37,631 nt of DNA from Patescibacteria group bacterium (GTDB lineage Bacteria; Patescibacteriota; Minisyncoccia; 2-02-FULL-40-12; GWA2-44-9), in contig JBBTQV010000017.1 in the NCBI GenBank assembly GCA_038065515.1, positions 1 through 37,631 of the forward strand, in the 5' to 3' direction. The notes under the pieces are model-generated. The model made no database searches. It saw only the letters and a list, made by a program, of their open reading frames with translations, and was not told the DNA's origin. This document shows positions 16,561 to 26,356 of the stretch, in pieces. The position numbers were made by a program, and so were the translations under genes. Within the stretch, counting starts at the first letter, position 1. Every line of letters starts with the position of its first letter.

Positions 16561-18705
16561 ATGAATCTGCTGACCAATCCGCTCGGTACAATATTGGACG
16601 GAACTCTTAGTCTTCTTGTTACCGTCAACGCGCTACTTGGGCAACTATTCAATGCTGTAGGCTGGGCGCTTAGGTGGGTATTGTCGCTGGAGATTACAAC
16701 ACAACTGACCGTGGTCGGAATTGCATGGACATCCATCCGCGATATGGTCAACCTTGTGTTCATTGTTCTGTTTATCGGGATTGCCTTTGGCACCATTTTC
16801 AACGCGCTCGGATTCTTCAAGGGGTGGCACTATAGCTCGGCACTGATGCCGCTCATCATCGCGGCGATGCTGATGAATTTTTCACTGGCCATCGGGAAAG
16901 CGATTGCGCTGGTCTCCAATCAGGCAACAAAATCAGTGTTGGGGGTCATAGGGGATCCGGGCGCCATCCTCATAGAGAGCCTCAAACCGAACTCTCTCGT
17001 CATCGGCTCTTCTATTGGAAACGCCTTGACGGCGCTCAAAGCCCCCATTACCGATACGACAGCAACCAGAACCGAAGCCGAAAATAAACGGTACCTCGAA
17101 TGTCTCAAAGAAGAGAAGACGGTCGTTGACGCCAATGTCGGCTTGTGGCGCTATGCCATCAGGTTTATGAAAGATTTGCCCTCAACAAAAGTACGAAAAA
17201 CGATAGGAGACTGCAACTTAGAGATTAACGACGCTCGCTACCACACGACGCCGGCCGCCGTTGCCCAGGCGGGAGCGATGAACGAGAAAGAGCGACTATC
17301 GGCCGCCATTTCGGAGGGGTCGGTCACGGACAAGTTGATGCTCATTGCCAGCGCGCTGTTCAACTCGCTGATGATTTTGATGCTCATCTCGTGCCTCGCA
17401 TCGGCATTCATCTTCCTCGCATTGCGCATCATCGTAGTATGGGTGTTGCTGGCCACTGCGGCGCTGGCATGGATAAGCTACGCAATTCCGGGGAATCGGG
17501 AAGGCTGGCACAAGTGGTGGAAGCACATGATCGCGTGGAATGTCTTCGCTCCGCTCTACTTGCTCTCGCTCATACCGGGTCTCGTGATGTTGGGGGGGTC
17601 TGCGGAAATGATGGCGCAACTGAAAGCGGCGGGAGGAGACATCGGCACCGCGGGAATGCTTATCCAACAGTTCTTTTTCTACGCCTTCGCGGTGCTGATA
17701 TTTGTAGGCGGGCTTGCGCTGTCTCTCAAGTCGTCGTTTGCAACCACCGTGAAAGGAACAGAAATGGTCGGCGGGTTTGCCTCTAAGCTCGGCGTCTTTG
17801 ATACAGCTGGTTTCGGAGCAAAGGCTACAGGCATGACGGCGCGATATGAGGGAGCCAAAGCGGGCGTGTCGGCATTGTATAAGGAGAAAATCACTACGCC
17901 TTTAGCGCGGCGTGAAGAGGAACTCACCGCCCGTTACCAAGCTCGCTTTGGCGACCGACGCGCCAGAGAGGTTCTTGAGCAAAAACGCATCACCGAGCAA
18001 TTCAACAAAAATAAAGAAGCGGGCCTCTCGGTGGCAGACCTCAAATCAGACTTGGGCAAAGTCGGCACGCCGAAGTACTTTGCAGCAGCAAAGGCCCTTC
18101 TAGAAGCAGGTGAACTTGATGCAAATCAAATGGACACATATGTCACAGCCGCATCAAGAGTGAGTCCCTCCTTTGGTCGCGTAGCACAGGAAGCAGCGGA
18201 AAAGAAACTGAAGGAACTATCAAAAGAGAAGAAATTCAAGAACGCTGAAGATGTCGGAAAGGCGCTTGCATATTACGGCGATAAGCCGAGCAGCGACGAC
18301 AAAACAGTGAAAGAAAATAAGAAGAGACGCGATGCAATCCTCAAGAGTCTTGAGGAGAACCAGCCGCTTATCGCAGCTGAGATGGCAAAGGAGGGTCACT
18401 ATTTCAATCCGGACGGATCGAAAGCTACGGCAGCAGATGTTCTCGAGCGCAACACGAAGGGTCTTGACAGTGATGCTTGGGCCAAAATACTTGAGAAAGA
18501 TCGCAAAGGAGAAATGACTCTTACCCCAAATCTTCAGCGCATACTAGCTGAACGCACAAAGAAAACTGGAGACTATCTGGCGCTAGCTGGACGCGTTAAG
18601 AACAAAGAAGACCAGGTGGCGTTGGCACATATATCCGCCCTCGACGAACAGATACAAAGAGCGAAAGCGGCGAAGAAAGGGAAGAAACGAAGTCAAACTC
18701 CTTAG
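16561..18705 (+). CDS. Polytopic membrane protein, VirB6/TrbL-like
   Basis: WTSIRDMVNLVFI...LIIAAMLMNFS, several TM helices, WHKWWK motif, charged C-terminal tail; context with PrgI/VirB4. Confidence 0.7.
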   Translation: MNLLTNPLGTILDGTLSLLVTVNALLGQLFNAVGWALRWVLSLEITTQLTVVGIAWTSIRDMVNLVFIVLFIGIAFGTIFNALGFFKGWHYSSALMPLIIAAMLMNFSLAIGKAIALVSNQATKSVLGVIGDPGAILIESLKPNSLVIGSSIGNALTALKAPITDTTATRTEAENKRYLECLKEEKTVVDANVGLWRYAIRFMKDLPSTKVRKTIGDCNLEINDARYHTTPAAVAQAGAMNEKERLSAAISEGSVTDKLMLIASALFNSLMILMLISCLASAFIFLALRIIVVWVLLATAALAWISYAIPGNREGWHKWWKHMIAWNVFAPLYLLSLIPGLVMLGGSAEMMAQLKAAGGDIGTAGMLIQQFFFYAFAVLIFVGGLALSLKSSFATTVKGTEMVGGFASKLGVFDTAGFGAKATGMTARYEGAKAGVSALYKEKITTPLARREEELTARYQARFGDRRAREVLEQKRITEQFNKNKEAGLSVADLKSDLGKVGTPKYFAAAKALLEAGELDANQMDTYVTAASRVSPSFGRVAQEAAEKKLKELSKEKKFKNAEDVGKALAYYGDKPSSDDKTVKENKKRRDAILKSLEENQPLIAAEMAKEGHYFNPDGSKATAADVLERNTKGLDSDAWAKILEKDRKGEMTLTPNLQRILAERTKKTGDYLALAGRVKNKEDQVALAHISALDEQIQRAKAAKKGKKRSQTP

Positions 18706-18712
18706 AAAGTCT

Positions 18713-19207
18713 ATGATGACTGAAGATCCAAATGACATTCTCTATAGCCCGTTTGCCGCGGCAATGGCAGACCGAACCCCTCAACAACAAGAGGCATTCT
18801 TAGAACGCTTCTCAACAATGCCTGATGACATACGCGAATTCTTCACATCTTTGAAAACAGTTGAGGCAATTAAGACAATCATGGAAACCGGTGAGCTGTC
18901 TGGGGACTACGATTTAGCAATCACTAAAATCGTCGCATTTGCCGCTCTTGGAGATGTGCCCCCTGCCAACATCGAGGAACTTCTCATTAAGCTTGGAGTT
19001 TCACCTCAACAGGCTGCTGATGTAAGCCAGAAACTTCTCGGAGTGCTCGCTCCTATCATCTCTGCGCGAGCGATTCATGCCGTTCCCACGATGTCCGAAC
19101 TTCCGCCACTCACACAAAAGATTCCACCAATGACGCCGGTTCCCGATTCGTCGAAGACGCCGGCGCGTAATATAATAGACTTACGGAAACAACAGACGGA
19201 ACAATGA
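18713..19207 (+). CDS. Hypothetical protein
   Basis: 164-aa ORF, ATGA-coupled to prgI-like gene. Confidence 0.7.
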   Translation: MMTEDPNDILYSPFAAAMADRTPQQQEAFLERFSTMPDDIREFFTSLKTVEAIKTIMETGELSGDYDLAITKIVAFAALGDVPPANIEELLIKLGVSPQQAADVSQKLLGVLAPIISARAIHAVPTMSELPPLTQKIPPMTPVPDSSKTPARNIIDLRKQQTEQ

Positions 19208-19521
19208 AATTCCAAGTCCCACAATTCATCGAGACGGAGACGAAGATTATCGGGCCGCTGACGCTCAAACAGTTTTTGTTCGTCGCCGGTGGCGTCAGCA
19301 TGACGGCATTGGAATACATCATGCTCAACGGCATTTTGTTCGCGGTGGCGGCGCTGCTGACCATCAGTTTTTTCGGAGCGCTGGCATTCCTGAAAATCGA
19401 CGGTCAGCCGTTCCTCAACTACCTTGCCTACATGCTGGCCTACGCACTGGGAGCTAAACGCTACATCTATCGCATCAAAGAGGACACTAACCAATTCACT
19501 GTACCCCCTAATGGCCAATGA
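19204..19521 (+). CDS. PrgI family protein (VirB3-like)
   Basis: MKFQVPQFIETETKIIGPLTLKQF plus two TM helices. Confidence 0.88.
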   Translation: MKFQVPQFIETETKIIGPLTLKQFLFVAGGVSMTALEYIMLNGILFAVAALLTISFFGALAFLKIDGQPFLNYLAYMLAYALGAKRYIYRIKEDTNQFTVPPNGQ

Positions 19522-20152
19522 GCCCTCGACAACGGATTTGATTCAGCTCAAAGAACTCCGTGACGGAGTGGCACTCCTCAAAGACGGGTCGCTGCGCGGT
19601 GTTGTGCAGGTCAGTGCTATCAATTTTGAATTGCGTTCCAGCGATGAGCAGGCGGCGATTCTCCAGCAATACGCGTCATTCCTGAATTCGATTGATTTTC
19701 CGATACAGATGATTGTACACTCCCGCCGATTCGACATCTCGGAATATCTGGCGACCGTGCAGGCGGCGGCGGACCAGCTGACGAACGAACTGCTGAAAGT
19801 GCAGGCGACGGAATACATCCGATTCATCGGTGAACTGTCTTCGCTTTCCAACATCATGGCAAAGAATTTTTATATCGCTTTGCCCATGATGGTTACACCT
19901 CCGAAAGAACAGGGGGGATTTTTCAAGGGCATCACGGGCATCTTCAAGAAGAAGCCAGTCAAAACGGGTGGCCAAACAACAGAACAACTAACAACCTATA
20001 AAGCGCAACTGCAACAGCGCGCCGACCTCATTATCGGCGGCTTGTCAGGCATGGGCCTGAAAGGGCACATGCTCGGACAAGAAGAACTGCTGAAGCTGTT
20101 CAACGAACTGTACAATCCCGTTGTGCCGGCTCCGCAGAAAACAAACGCATAA
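19511..20152 (+). CDS. VirB4-associated protein (TraC N-terminal-like)
   Basis: LKDGSLRGVVQVSAINFELRSSDEQ...FLNSIDFPIQ; lies between PrgI and VirB4. Confidence 0.75.
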   Translation: MANEPSTTDLIQLKELRDGVALLKDGSLRGVVQVSAINFELRSSDEQAAILQQYASFLNSIDFPIQMIVHSRRFDISEYLATVQAAADQLTNELLKVQATEYIRFIGELSSLSNIMAKNFYIALPMMVTPPKEQGGFFKGITGIFKKKPVKTGGQTTEQLTTYKAQLQQRADLIIGGLSGMGLKGHMLGQEELLKLFNELYNPVVPAPQKTNA

Positions 20153-20155
20153 CCT

Positions 20156-21901
20156 ATGGAAACCACACCCACCGGAAACTCAATGACCGTCGCCCCATCG
20201 GCGATGCAAATCACGCCCAACTATCTGCAAATCGGAGACAAGTATGTCCGTACTATTTTCATCGCCACCTACCCGCGGTTCCTCAACGCGAACTGGCTCT
20301 CTCCGATTGTAAACCTCGACAAGGTGCTGGATGTCGCCATCTACATCAATCCGCAACCCACTGCCGATGTACTCAAACAGTTACGCACCCAGCTTACCAA
20401 AGTACAGGCGCAAATCATGGAAGAAGAGGCTGCGGGAAAAGTTCGCGACCCGGTGTTGGAAACCGGTGCACAAGACCTGGAAGCGCTACGCGACGAGCTC
20501 CAGCAGGGGACGGAGCGGTTCTTCCATGTCGGGCTGTACCTGACCATTTACGAAAACAATCCGAAAGATTTGGACGAAACCGAAGGAACCATCAAGAGTA
20601 TGCTCGACGGACTGCTTGTGGTGGCGAAGCAATCCACTTTCCGGATGCTGGAGGGATTTCTGACTACTTCTCCGCTGGCCGACGATCGTCTGCAGGCGCT
20701 CACCTCATTGAACACGCATCCGGTTTCTTCCACATTCCCGTTCGTCTCCAGCGACTTGACTTCGAACTCCGGCATTCTGTACGGAATTAACACTACGAAC
20801 AACAGTTTGGTGTTGTTTGACCGGTTCTCGCTGGAAAATGCCAATGCCGTGATGTTCGCAAAGTCCGGCGCCGGCAAGAGCTACACCGTGAAGCTTGAAA
20901 TTCTGCGCTACCTCGTACTGGGAACGCAGGTGCTGGTGATTGATCCTGAAGACGAGTACAAATACCTATCCGACACCGTCGGCGGCACCAACATCAAGAT
21001 TTCCATCAATTCCGACCAGCACATCAATCCGTTCGACCTGCCGACTCCGAAAGATGAAGAGTCGTGGGCAGATGTGTTCAATTCTCACATTCTGAATCTT
21101 GGCGGACTCATTAAGCTGCTGATGGGCGGCAATCTCACACCGGAAGAAGAATCAATGCTGGACCAGGCACTTATTCAGACTTATGCCATTAAAGACATTG
21201 TGCCTGACGCGGATTTCTCGAAACTTCCTCCGCCTATTCTGGGCGATTTGCAGAGTGTGCTCGAGGGGATGACCGGCGCGGAGCGCATGGCAACCCGCCT
21301 GACGAAGTTCACCACCGGCACCTTCGCGGGATTCCTGAACAACCCTACCAACATCCCGCTGGAGAACCAGCTCGTTGTGTTCGGTATCCGTGATTTGGAA
21401 GATGAGCTACGGCCCATCGCCATGTATTCGGTGCTCAATTACATCTGGACACAAGTACGCCGCGAAAAGAAGAAGCGCATCATGGTCGTCGATGAAGCGT
21501 GGTATGTGATGAAGTTTCCCATCGGCGCAGAGTTCCTGTTCAACATCGCAAAGCGCGGCCGCAAATACTACTGCGGCATGACCACTATCTCGCAGGACAT
21601 CCCGGACTTCATGAGCACCGCGCAAGGGAAAGCAATCGTTACCAACTCGTCCATGCAGATGCTGATGAAACAGTCGCCGGCCGCCATCGATATCATCCAG
21701 CAGACATTCAACCTCACCGACTCCGAGAAATACTACCTACTGGAAGCGCGTGTCGGGTTCGGCCTGTTTTTCCTCGGCTCCAACCATGTGGGCTTGCGCG
21801 TGCTTGCTTCATACGCCGAAGACCAAATCATCACCTCCGACCCGAAACAACTTCTGGAAATCGAGAAGGCAAAACAGGAATGGGCGCAGATAGGAAAATA
21901 A
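20156..21901 (+). CDS. virB4: VirB4-like conjugation/secretion ATPase
   Basis: Walker A AKSGAGKS, VIDPEDEY, INPFD, Walker B VVDEAW, KRGRKY, ISQ. Confidence 0.9.
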   Translation: METTPTGNSMTVAPSAMQITPNYLQIGDKYVRTIFIATYPRFLNANWLSPIVNLDKVLDVAIYINPQPTADVLKQLRTQLTKVQAQIMEEEAAGKVRDPVLETGAQDLEALRDELQQGTERFFHVGLYLTIYENNPKDLDETEGTIKSMLDGLLVVAKQSTFRMLEGFLTTSPLADDRLQALTSLNTHPVSSTFPFVSSDLTSNSGILYGINTTNNSLVLFDRFSLENANAVMFAKSGAGKSYTVKLEILRYLVLGTQVLVIDPEDEYKYLSDTVGGTNIKISINSDQHINPFDLPTPKDEESWADVFNSHILNLGGLIKLLMGGNLTPEEESMLDQALIQTYAIKDIVPDADFSKLPPPILGDLQSVLEGMTGAERMATRLTKFTTGTFAGFLNNPTNIPLENQLVVFGIRDLEDELRPIAMYSVLNYIWTQVRREKKKRIMVVDEAWYVMKFPIGAEFLFNIAKRGRKYYCGMTTISQDIPDFMSTAQGKAIVTNSSMQMLMKQSPAAIDIIQQTFNLTDSEKYYLLEARVGFGLFFLGSNHVGLRVLASYAEDQIITSDPKQLLEIEKAKQEWAQIGK

Positions 21902-21982
21902 ATGCAAAAATCAAAATGCAAAATTGAAGCAGTATGGATTCGGAAACTTTTTAATTTTTGATTTTTCACTTTTAATTTTGCA
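21901..21982. repeat. Inverted pair of 7-bp arrays with no enclosed gene
   Basis: AATGCAA AAATCAA AATGCAA AATTGAA, 19-nt spacer, TTTTTAA TTTTTGA TTTTTCA CTTTTAA TTTTGCA. Confidence 0.8.
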
Positions 21983-21984
21983 AC

Positions 21985-23100
21985 ATGGCCCGCGAACGCA
22001 CCCAACAAGAAACAGAGAATCTCTCCCGCATCAGGGAGCAGATGGCCGATGCGGCCAGCGAACTGGCAGATGCCACACGCACGCGCCGCCAGCTGGAAGT
22101 ACAATTGCGCGAAGTCCAGCATCAGATGGCATCACCAGATGGCATCACATCTTCGGAGCAGTTCGTTGATGATGTGTCCCGCCTGCGTCGTGGAATCCAA
22201 AGCGCCGCAGCACGCGAACAAGAGGCTGCCGCGGTCCGAGATCGTTTGTCTGCGCAGGAGATGCAAGTCAGCGCCATGAGTAGGCCGTCTCTCGGGGCGC
22301 GCCCTCAACGGACCGACACGACCGCCTCATCTGCGGGGATTTCTGCAACGGCATCCGCGCAGATGATGTCGGGGCTGGATGCACTGCGGCGCGCGCAAAC
22401 GCAATTTGAACGCAACAGCACGGCACGCACAGAGATCGAGAAGAAACTGGCCAATAATATTAAGAAAACAATTCTCATCGTCTTTATCTCGGCGGTCTGT
22501 GTTGCGGCTCTCGCTGACATCTTGAGTATCATTGACTTCGGGTGGCTTGTTTCCTGGACGATACCGATGATTGTCTGGACCATGGCGCGTCGTGTGACGG
22601 CCATCAACGCAGGAGGGGACGCAATCGTTGCCGCGCATACATCCGCACAACGCCAATTAACGCTCCTGCAACAAAGACTCCGCCCTGCCATGCAGTCCTC
22701 AGGAAATACTGGGCTACTTGTATCAACGAAAGTCGGCAGCCTTGTGTTCGCAGGCAAGTCATATGTCTCGACATTCGCACGGGATACCATCATCACCCAA
22801 CTTATCGAGCTTATTCCTATTATTGATGTGCTTCCTCTCTATATAGGGCAGGTGGTAAAGGTGTTCGTTGACCAGAATATTTCCTATCAAAAGGTAAAAA
22901 AACTGATGCCGCACCTGCAGTATGTTCATCAACAGATTGACCGCTTGGAACAGTTTGAAATTCAATATATGGCCCGGCAAATCGCGACCGTCGTGCGCGC
23001 ACAACAAATCATCGGTGCCCGACAGCGCCAGCAAGCCTCCGCCGCCCAACCACAGAAAGCGCGGGCACCTTCACCGCTGGCTCTTGGCTACGCAACATAA
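21985..23100 (+). CDS. Coiled-coil membrane protein
   Basis: N-terminal coiled coil, central TM hairpin, IELIPIIDVLP motif. Confidence 0.75.
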   Translation: MARERTQQETENLSRIREQMADAASELADATRTRRQLEVQLREVQHQMASPDGITSSEQFVDDVSRLRRGIQSAAAREQEAAAVRDRLSAQEMQVSAMSRPSLGARPQRTDTTASSAGISATASAQMMSGLDALRRAQTQFERNSTARTEIEKKLANNIKKTILIVFISAVCVAALADILSIIDFGWLVSWTIPMIVWTMARRVTAINAGGDAIVAAHTSAQRQLTLLQQRLRPAMQSSGNTGLLVSTKVGSLVFAGKSYVSTFARDTIITQLIELIPIIDVLPLYIGQVVKVFVDQNISYQKVKKLMPHLQYVHQQIDRLEQFEIQYMARQIATVVRAQQIIGARQRQQASAAQPQKARAPSPLALGYAT

Positions 23101-23102
23101 TC

Positions 23103-24245
23103 ATGTCATTACATTCCGGCCTCAATTTTCTTCCGCAAAGAAATCGTCTCCGCCTTTTGCAGGCGGGCGCACTTTCTGCCGTCCTGATGGCTGTGGTGAT
23201 GGCCGGTGCGGTGCTGCGCTCCTCCGGCGGACAAACGGCATCGCTGTCAGATACACTCGCCACGCCATCCGTTTCAACTTCTACATCGGAGCACATTTCT
23301 GCGCGACCGAAAGCAATCAGTGAGAATGCGGCCGTCTCGGTTGCGTTGGGTAAAGAGAGTGATACGGCAAAATACTATGAACGGGAGACCGGCAAAGCGT
23401 TTTCGGTAAATCTCAAAACCCTCAAGACCGATGTGCTTTCCGACACGCGACTACCAGGCTTCATCCGCTCATATTGGCTCCCGTACAGCAATAAAGTTGT
23501 TTCAGAATTCCAAGACCCTGGTGGCATCAGCTACCGTGCATTTGATTATCAGACCAAAGCGACCACTACCATCGGGTCCGATATCATAGCTCTTGCAGTA
23601 TCTCCCGACGGCCGGCAAATTGCGTACATGAAACCGATGGAAGACGCGTCGGCATTATTCATCAGCGACAGCGACGGCTCAAATCCACGCACACTGATAA
23701 CAACCCGCGCGCAGGAAGTGCGTTTGAACTGGCCCGTCAAGGATACACTCTCAATGGCGTCGCGCCGTCCTGACCGCACGGGCACCGATCTGTCGATTAT
23801 CGATCTTGATGGCACACTGACAATCATGATGTCCAACCGTGAAAATCTCGAGTATGTCTGGTCGCCCGACGGAACACACTTACTGTATTCGTACTTCACT
23901 CCCGAGCAGGGTGTCTCTCTGTGGTACCGCGAAGCGGGGTCCAGGCTTGATGTTCCGCTGGGACTGGCAACCAGCGCGCGCAAATGCGCATGGCATGACA
24001 ACACAATGACCATCACCTGTGGCGTTCCTGCGAAGAATTCGCTGGGCCGCGATGTACCCGCTGACCGCTCCGCTACCGTGGACGACATTGCGACGCTGGA
24101 TATGTCGACCGGAGAACAAAGCCGCCTCTACGGAGGAACAGGTGCGACGCTCATCGGAGTCATTGAGCCGCTCGTTTCATCGTCCGGAAATTATTTCGTC
24201 TTCACCAACCTGTTCGATCAACGGTTGTATCTGTTCCCGCTGTAA
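23103..24245 (+). CDS. TolB-like beta-propeller surface protein
   Basis: VSPDGRQIAY and WSPDGTHLLYS repeats; N-terminal TM. Confidence 0.8.
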   Translation: MSLHSGLNFLPQRNRLRLLQAGALSAVLMAVVMAGAVLRSSGGQTASLSDTLATPSVSTSTSEHISARPKAISENAAVSVALGKESDTAKYYERETGKAFSVNLKTLKTDVLSDTRLPGFIRSYWLPYSNKVVSEFQDPGGISYRAFDYQTKATTTIGSDIIALAVSPDGRQIAYMKPMEDASALFISDSDGSNPRTLITTRAQEVRLNWPVKDTLSMASRRPDRTGTDLSIIDLDGTLTIMMSNRENLEYVWSPDGTHLLYSYFTPEQGVSLWYREAGSRLDVPLGLATSARKCAWHDNTMTITCGVPAKNSLGRDVPADRSATVDDIATLDMSTGEQSRLYGGTGATLIGVIEPLVSSSGNYFVFTNLFDQRLYLFPL

Positions 24246-24246
24246 C

Positions 24247-24275
24247 AAAAATACCGCCCCACGGGCGATATTTTT
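24247..24275. terminator. Bidirectional intrinsic terminator
   Basis: AAAAATACCGCCC-CAC-GGGCGATATTTTT between convergent genes. Confidence 0.75.
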
Positions 24276-24733
24276 TAGAGTGGCTTGATGACGACTCTGC
24301 GCTGCGGATCTTGTCCCACGCTTTCGGTCGACAGATCGCTGTAGGTTGCGAGCTCGGTATGAACAAGGCGCCGTTCGTATGATGTCATCGGTTCAAACGC
24401 CTCTGAACGCCGCGTCTGCTGAACACGCGCTGCGGTCTCCCGCACCAATTGAATGAGCTCCTTCGAGCGTTCGGCGCGATAATCGTTGACATCAACGATG
24501 ACGGATCGGTTTTCGGGATTCTGTCGCATCCACATCACGCGGACAACATGCTCGAGCGCCTTGAGGTTCTGACCGTTTTTTCCAATGAGAAGGCGCCCGT
24601 TGTCATCCGCCTGCACCGCCACACTGACCGAGCCGCCTTCTTCGGACGATACCGAAACCTCGCAGGGAATCTGCATGTATTCGGCGACGCGCCGTATAAA
24701 ATCATTGATAATCGAGGTGTTCTCCGAATTCAT
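24275..24733 (-). CDS. jag: Jag/KhpB RNA-binding protein (KH + R3H, no N-terminal Jag domain)
   Basis: LIGKNGQNL KH motif; ERRLVH R3H motif; follows yidC. Confidence 0.9.
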   Translation of the reverse strand: MNSENTSIINDFIRRVAEYMQIPCEVSVSSEEGGSVSVAVQADDNGRLLIGKNGQNLKALEHVVRVMWMRQNPENRSVIVDVNDYRAERSKELIQLVRETAARVQQTRRSEAFEPMTSYERRLVHTELATYSDLSTESVGQDPQRRVVIKPL

Positions 24734-25428
24734 GGGGCTAGTATGCCTGAACGGCGACTCAAATACAACTGTTCACCGATAGACCATAGCGAAGTGGCAA
24801 CCCAGTACAGTGCGAGCCCCGCCGGCAGGTTCCAACTGATAACAATGATCATGACCGGTAGGAGGTAGGTCATCTGCTGATTGAGCGCCGCGGTTTGCGG
24901 AGATTTCGGCTGATTCGCCATAGCCGCGCGTGCTTGGATGAATTGCGTGACGCCAGCAAGAATCGCCAGCACAGGGTTGCTCTTGCTGATATCCAACAGC
25001 CCCAGCATTATGTGATTGATGGCCCCGGGGTGTTGGACGAAACCGTACAACAGATCGAGTGTTTCCGGTTTGAAAATTTTCAAGAACACCTGATACACCC
25101 CGATGAGAATGGGGAGTTGTAACAGCAACGGGAGACACCCGGCCAACGGACTGACCCCCTTTTCTTTGTACAGCTTCATAACCGCTTCCGACTGCGCGGC
25201 AGTATTTCCCTTATGAGCGGCCTTCACTTTTTCAATCTCCGGAGCCAACTGTGCCATCGCCCTCTGCGAACTGGCTGTCTTCATCGACAACGGCAACAAC
25301 ACCGCGCGCACAAGCACAGTCATCGCGATAATGGCGATTCCCAAATCACCAAACCCGACCGTGTTGTACAAAAAAACGGTGAGATTCAGTATCGGCTGAT
25401 AGATGATAATAGTGAAGATATTACCCAT
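24730..25428 (-). CDS. yidC: Membrane protein insertase YidC
   Basis: LYKEKGVSPLAGCLPLLLQLPI and PAGLALYW motifs. Confidence 0.95.
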   Translation of the reverse strand: MGNIFTIIIYQPILNLTVFLYNTVGFGDLGIAIIAMTVLVRAVLLPLSMKTASSQRAMAQLAPEIEKVKAAHKGNTAAQSEAVMKLYKEKGVSPLAGCLPLLLQLPILIGVYQVFLKIFKPETLDLLYGFVQHPGAINHIMLGLLDISKSNPVLAILAGVTQFIQARAAMANQPKSPQTAALNQQMTYLLPVMIIVISWNLPAGLALYWVATSLWSIGEQLYLSRRSGILAP

Positions 25429-25648
25429 GTCGTTGTGTCGGCCACAGCGGGTTACACCGTGCTACGCGCGCGATGGATTTGGCGATGCCCCTGATCGCGC
25501 CGTCGCGCTCAATAACATCCAGTGCGTACTCCGAGCATGTCGGCCAGGAGCGGCATCCGGAATAGCTACCCAGAAACAGCGGGCCGGGGGAGAGGCTCCA
25601 GCTGACGGCCTGATATGCGCGAATAAGCCTGATAAAGATGCGTTTCAT
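25421..25648 (-). CDS. yidD: Membrane protein insertion efficiency factor
   Basis: CRSWPTCSEYA...RCNP. Confidence 0.9.
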   Translation of the reverse strand: MKRIFIRLIRAYQAVSWSLSPGPLFLGSYSGCRSWPTCSEYALDVIERDGAIRGIAKSIARVARCNPLWPTQRHG

Positions 25649-25998
25649 CAGTTCAGGATACCAGATTTCTTCATCAGCGACAGTAGTTCGTACTCCAGAG
25701 CGGCCGCGTCCGGAAGGCGCTTTGTCCTGACCGATACGACAGCGCTAATGCCAGGCCCAACTGAAGAGGCACGGATAACACGCGCAATAACTTCAGAGGT
25801 ACGGCGTCGGAGCAGATTGCGCGCCGTTGCAAGAGCAACGAGCTTAGCGGGAACTACGACGGCAAACTTTGATGTATTTCCCGAAGGACCACGGGAAACG
25901 CGTAAAAAAAAGTTACGAGAAACAGCAGGTCGCGCCTCCGTAAATATTTTTGTGAACTCCCGTTTTCCTTTCAGGCGGTTTTGTTTTGGAAGCGCCAT
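25648..25998 (-). CDS. rnpA: RNase P protein component
   Basis: NRLK...F, FAVVV, ATARNLLRRR; canonical synteny; start at MALPK. Confidence 0.88.
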   Translation of the reverse strand: MALPKQNRLKGKREFTKIFTEARPAVSRNFFLRVSRGPSGNTSKFAVVVPAKLVALATARNLLRRRTSEVIARVIRASSVGPGISAVVSVRTKRLPDAAALEYELLSLMKKSGILN

Positions 25999-26013
25999 GT
26001 TTGTGCGTGCGGA

Positions 26014-26045
26014 AAACCGCCCCGATCGTTTGTCGGGGCGGTTTC
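26014..26045 (-). terminator. Hairpin after rpmH
   Basis: On minus strand GAAACCGCCCCGAC-AAAC-GATCGGGGCGGTTTT. Confidence 0.65.
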
Positions 26046-26047
26046 GA

Positions 26048-26185
26048 TTAGACGGAGAGCTTTGCACGCCCCCGGCTCCGGCGGCGCGCAACTACTTTTC
26101 TGCCTGACTTGGTTTCCATGCGTGACAAAAAACCATGCTTGCGTGCGCGTTTCGCTTTCTTGGGTCGGAATCGTGTGATTTTCAT
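26048..26185 (-). CDS. rpmH: 50S ribosomal protein L34 (absent from ORF track)
   Basis: [45 protein letters not shown]; promoter TTGACC-N17-TAAACT at 26223-26195. Confidence 0.95.
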   Translation of the reverse strand: MKITRFRPKKAKRARKHGFLSRMETKSGRKVVARRRSRGRAKLSV

Positions 26186-26226
26186 ATCGGAAACAGTTTA
26201 CACCGTTTAATCTCGCCGGTCAATCT

Positions 26227-26267
26227 TTACCCGCAGTTCTCCACTTGTTATAAACACTCTGTCCACT
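26227..26267 (+). promoter_or_regulatory. Cluster of degenerate DnaA boxes upstream of dnaA
   Basis: TTACCCGCA, TTCTCCACT, TTATAAACA, CTGTCCACT at 10-11 bp spacing. Confidence 0.55.
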
Positions 26268-26356
26268 GATTCCTGCCCAAAGCATGCTTGAGTGTGATGT
26301 GAGGCGCTGTATACTGGCGACACAGCGGAGAGCCGGAGGTGCCCGCAAACACAATC

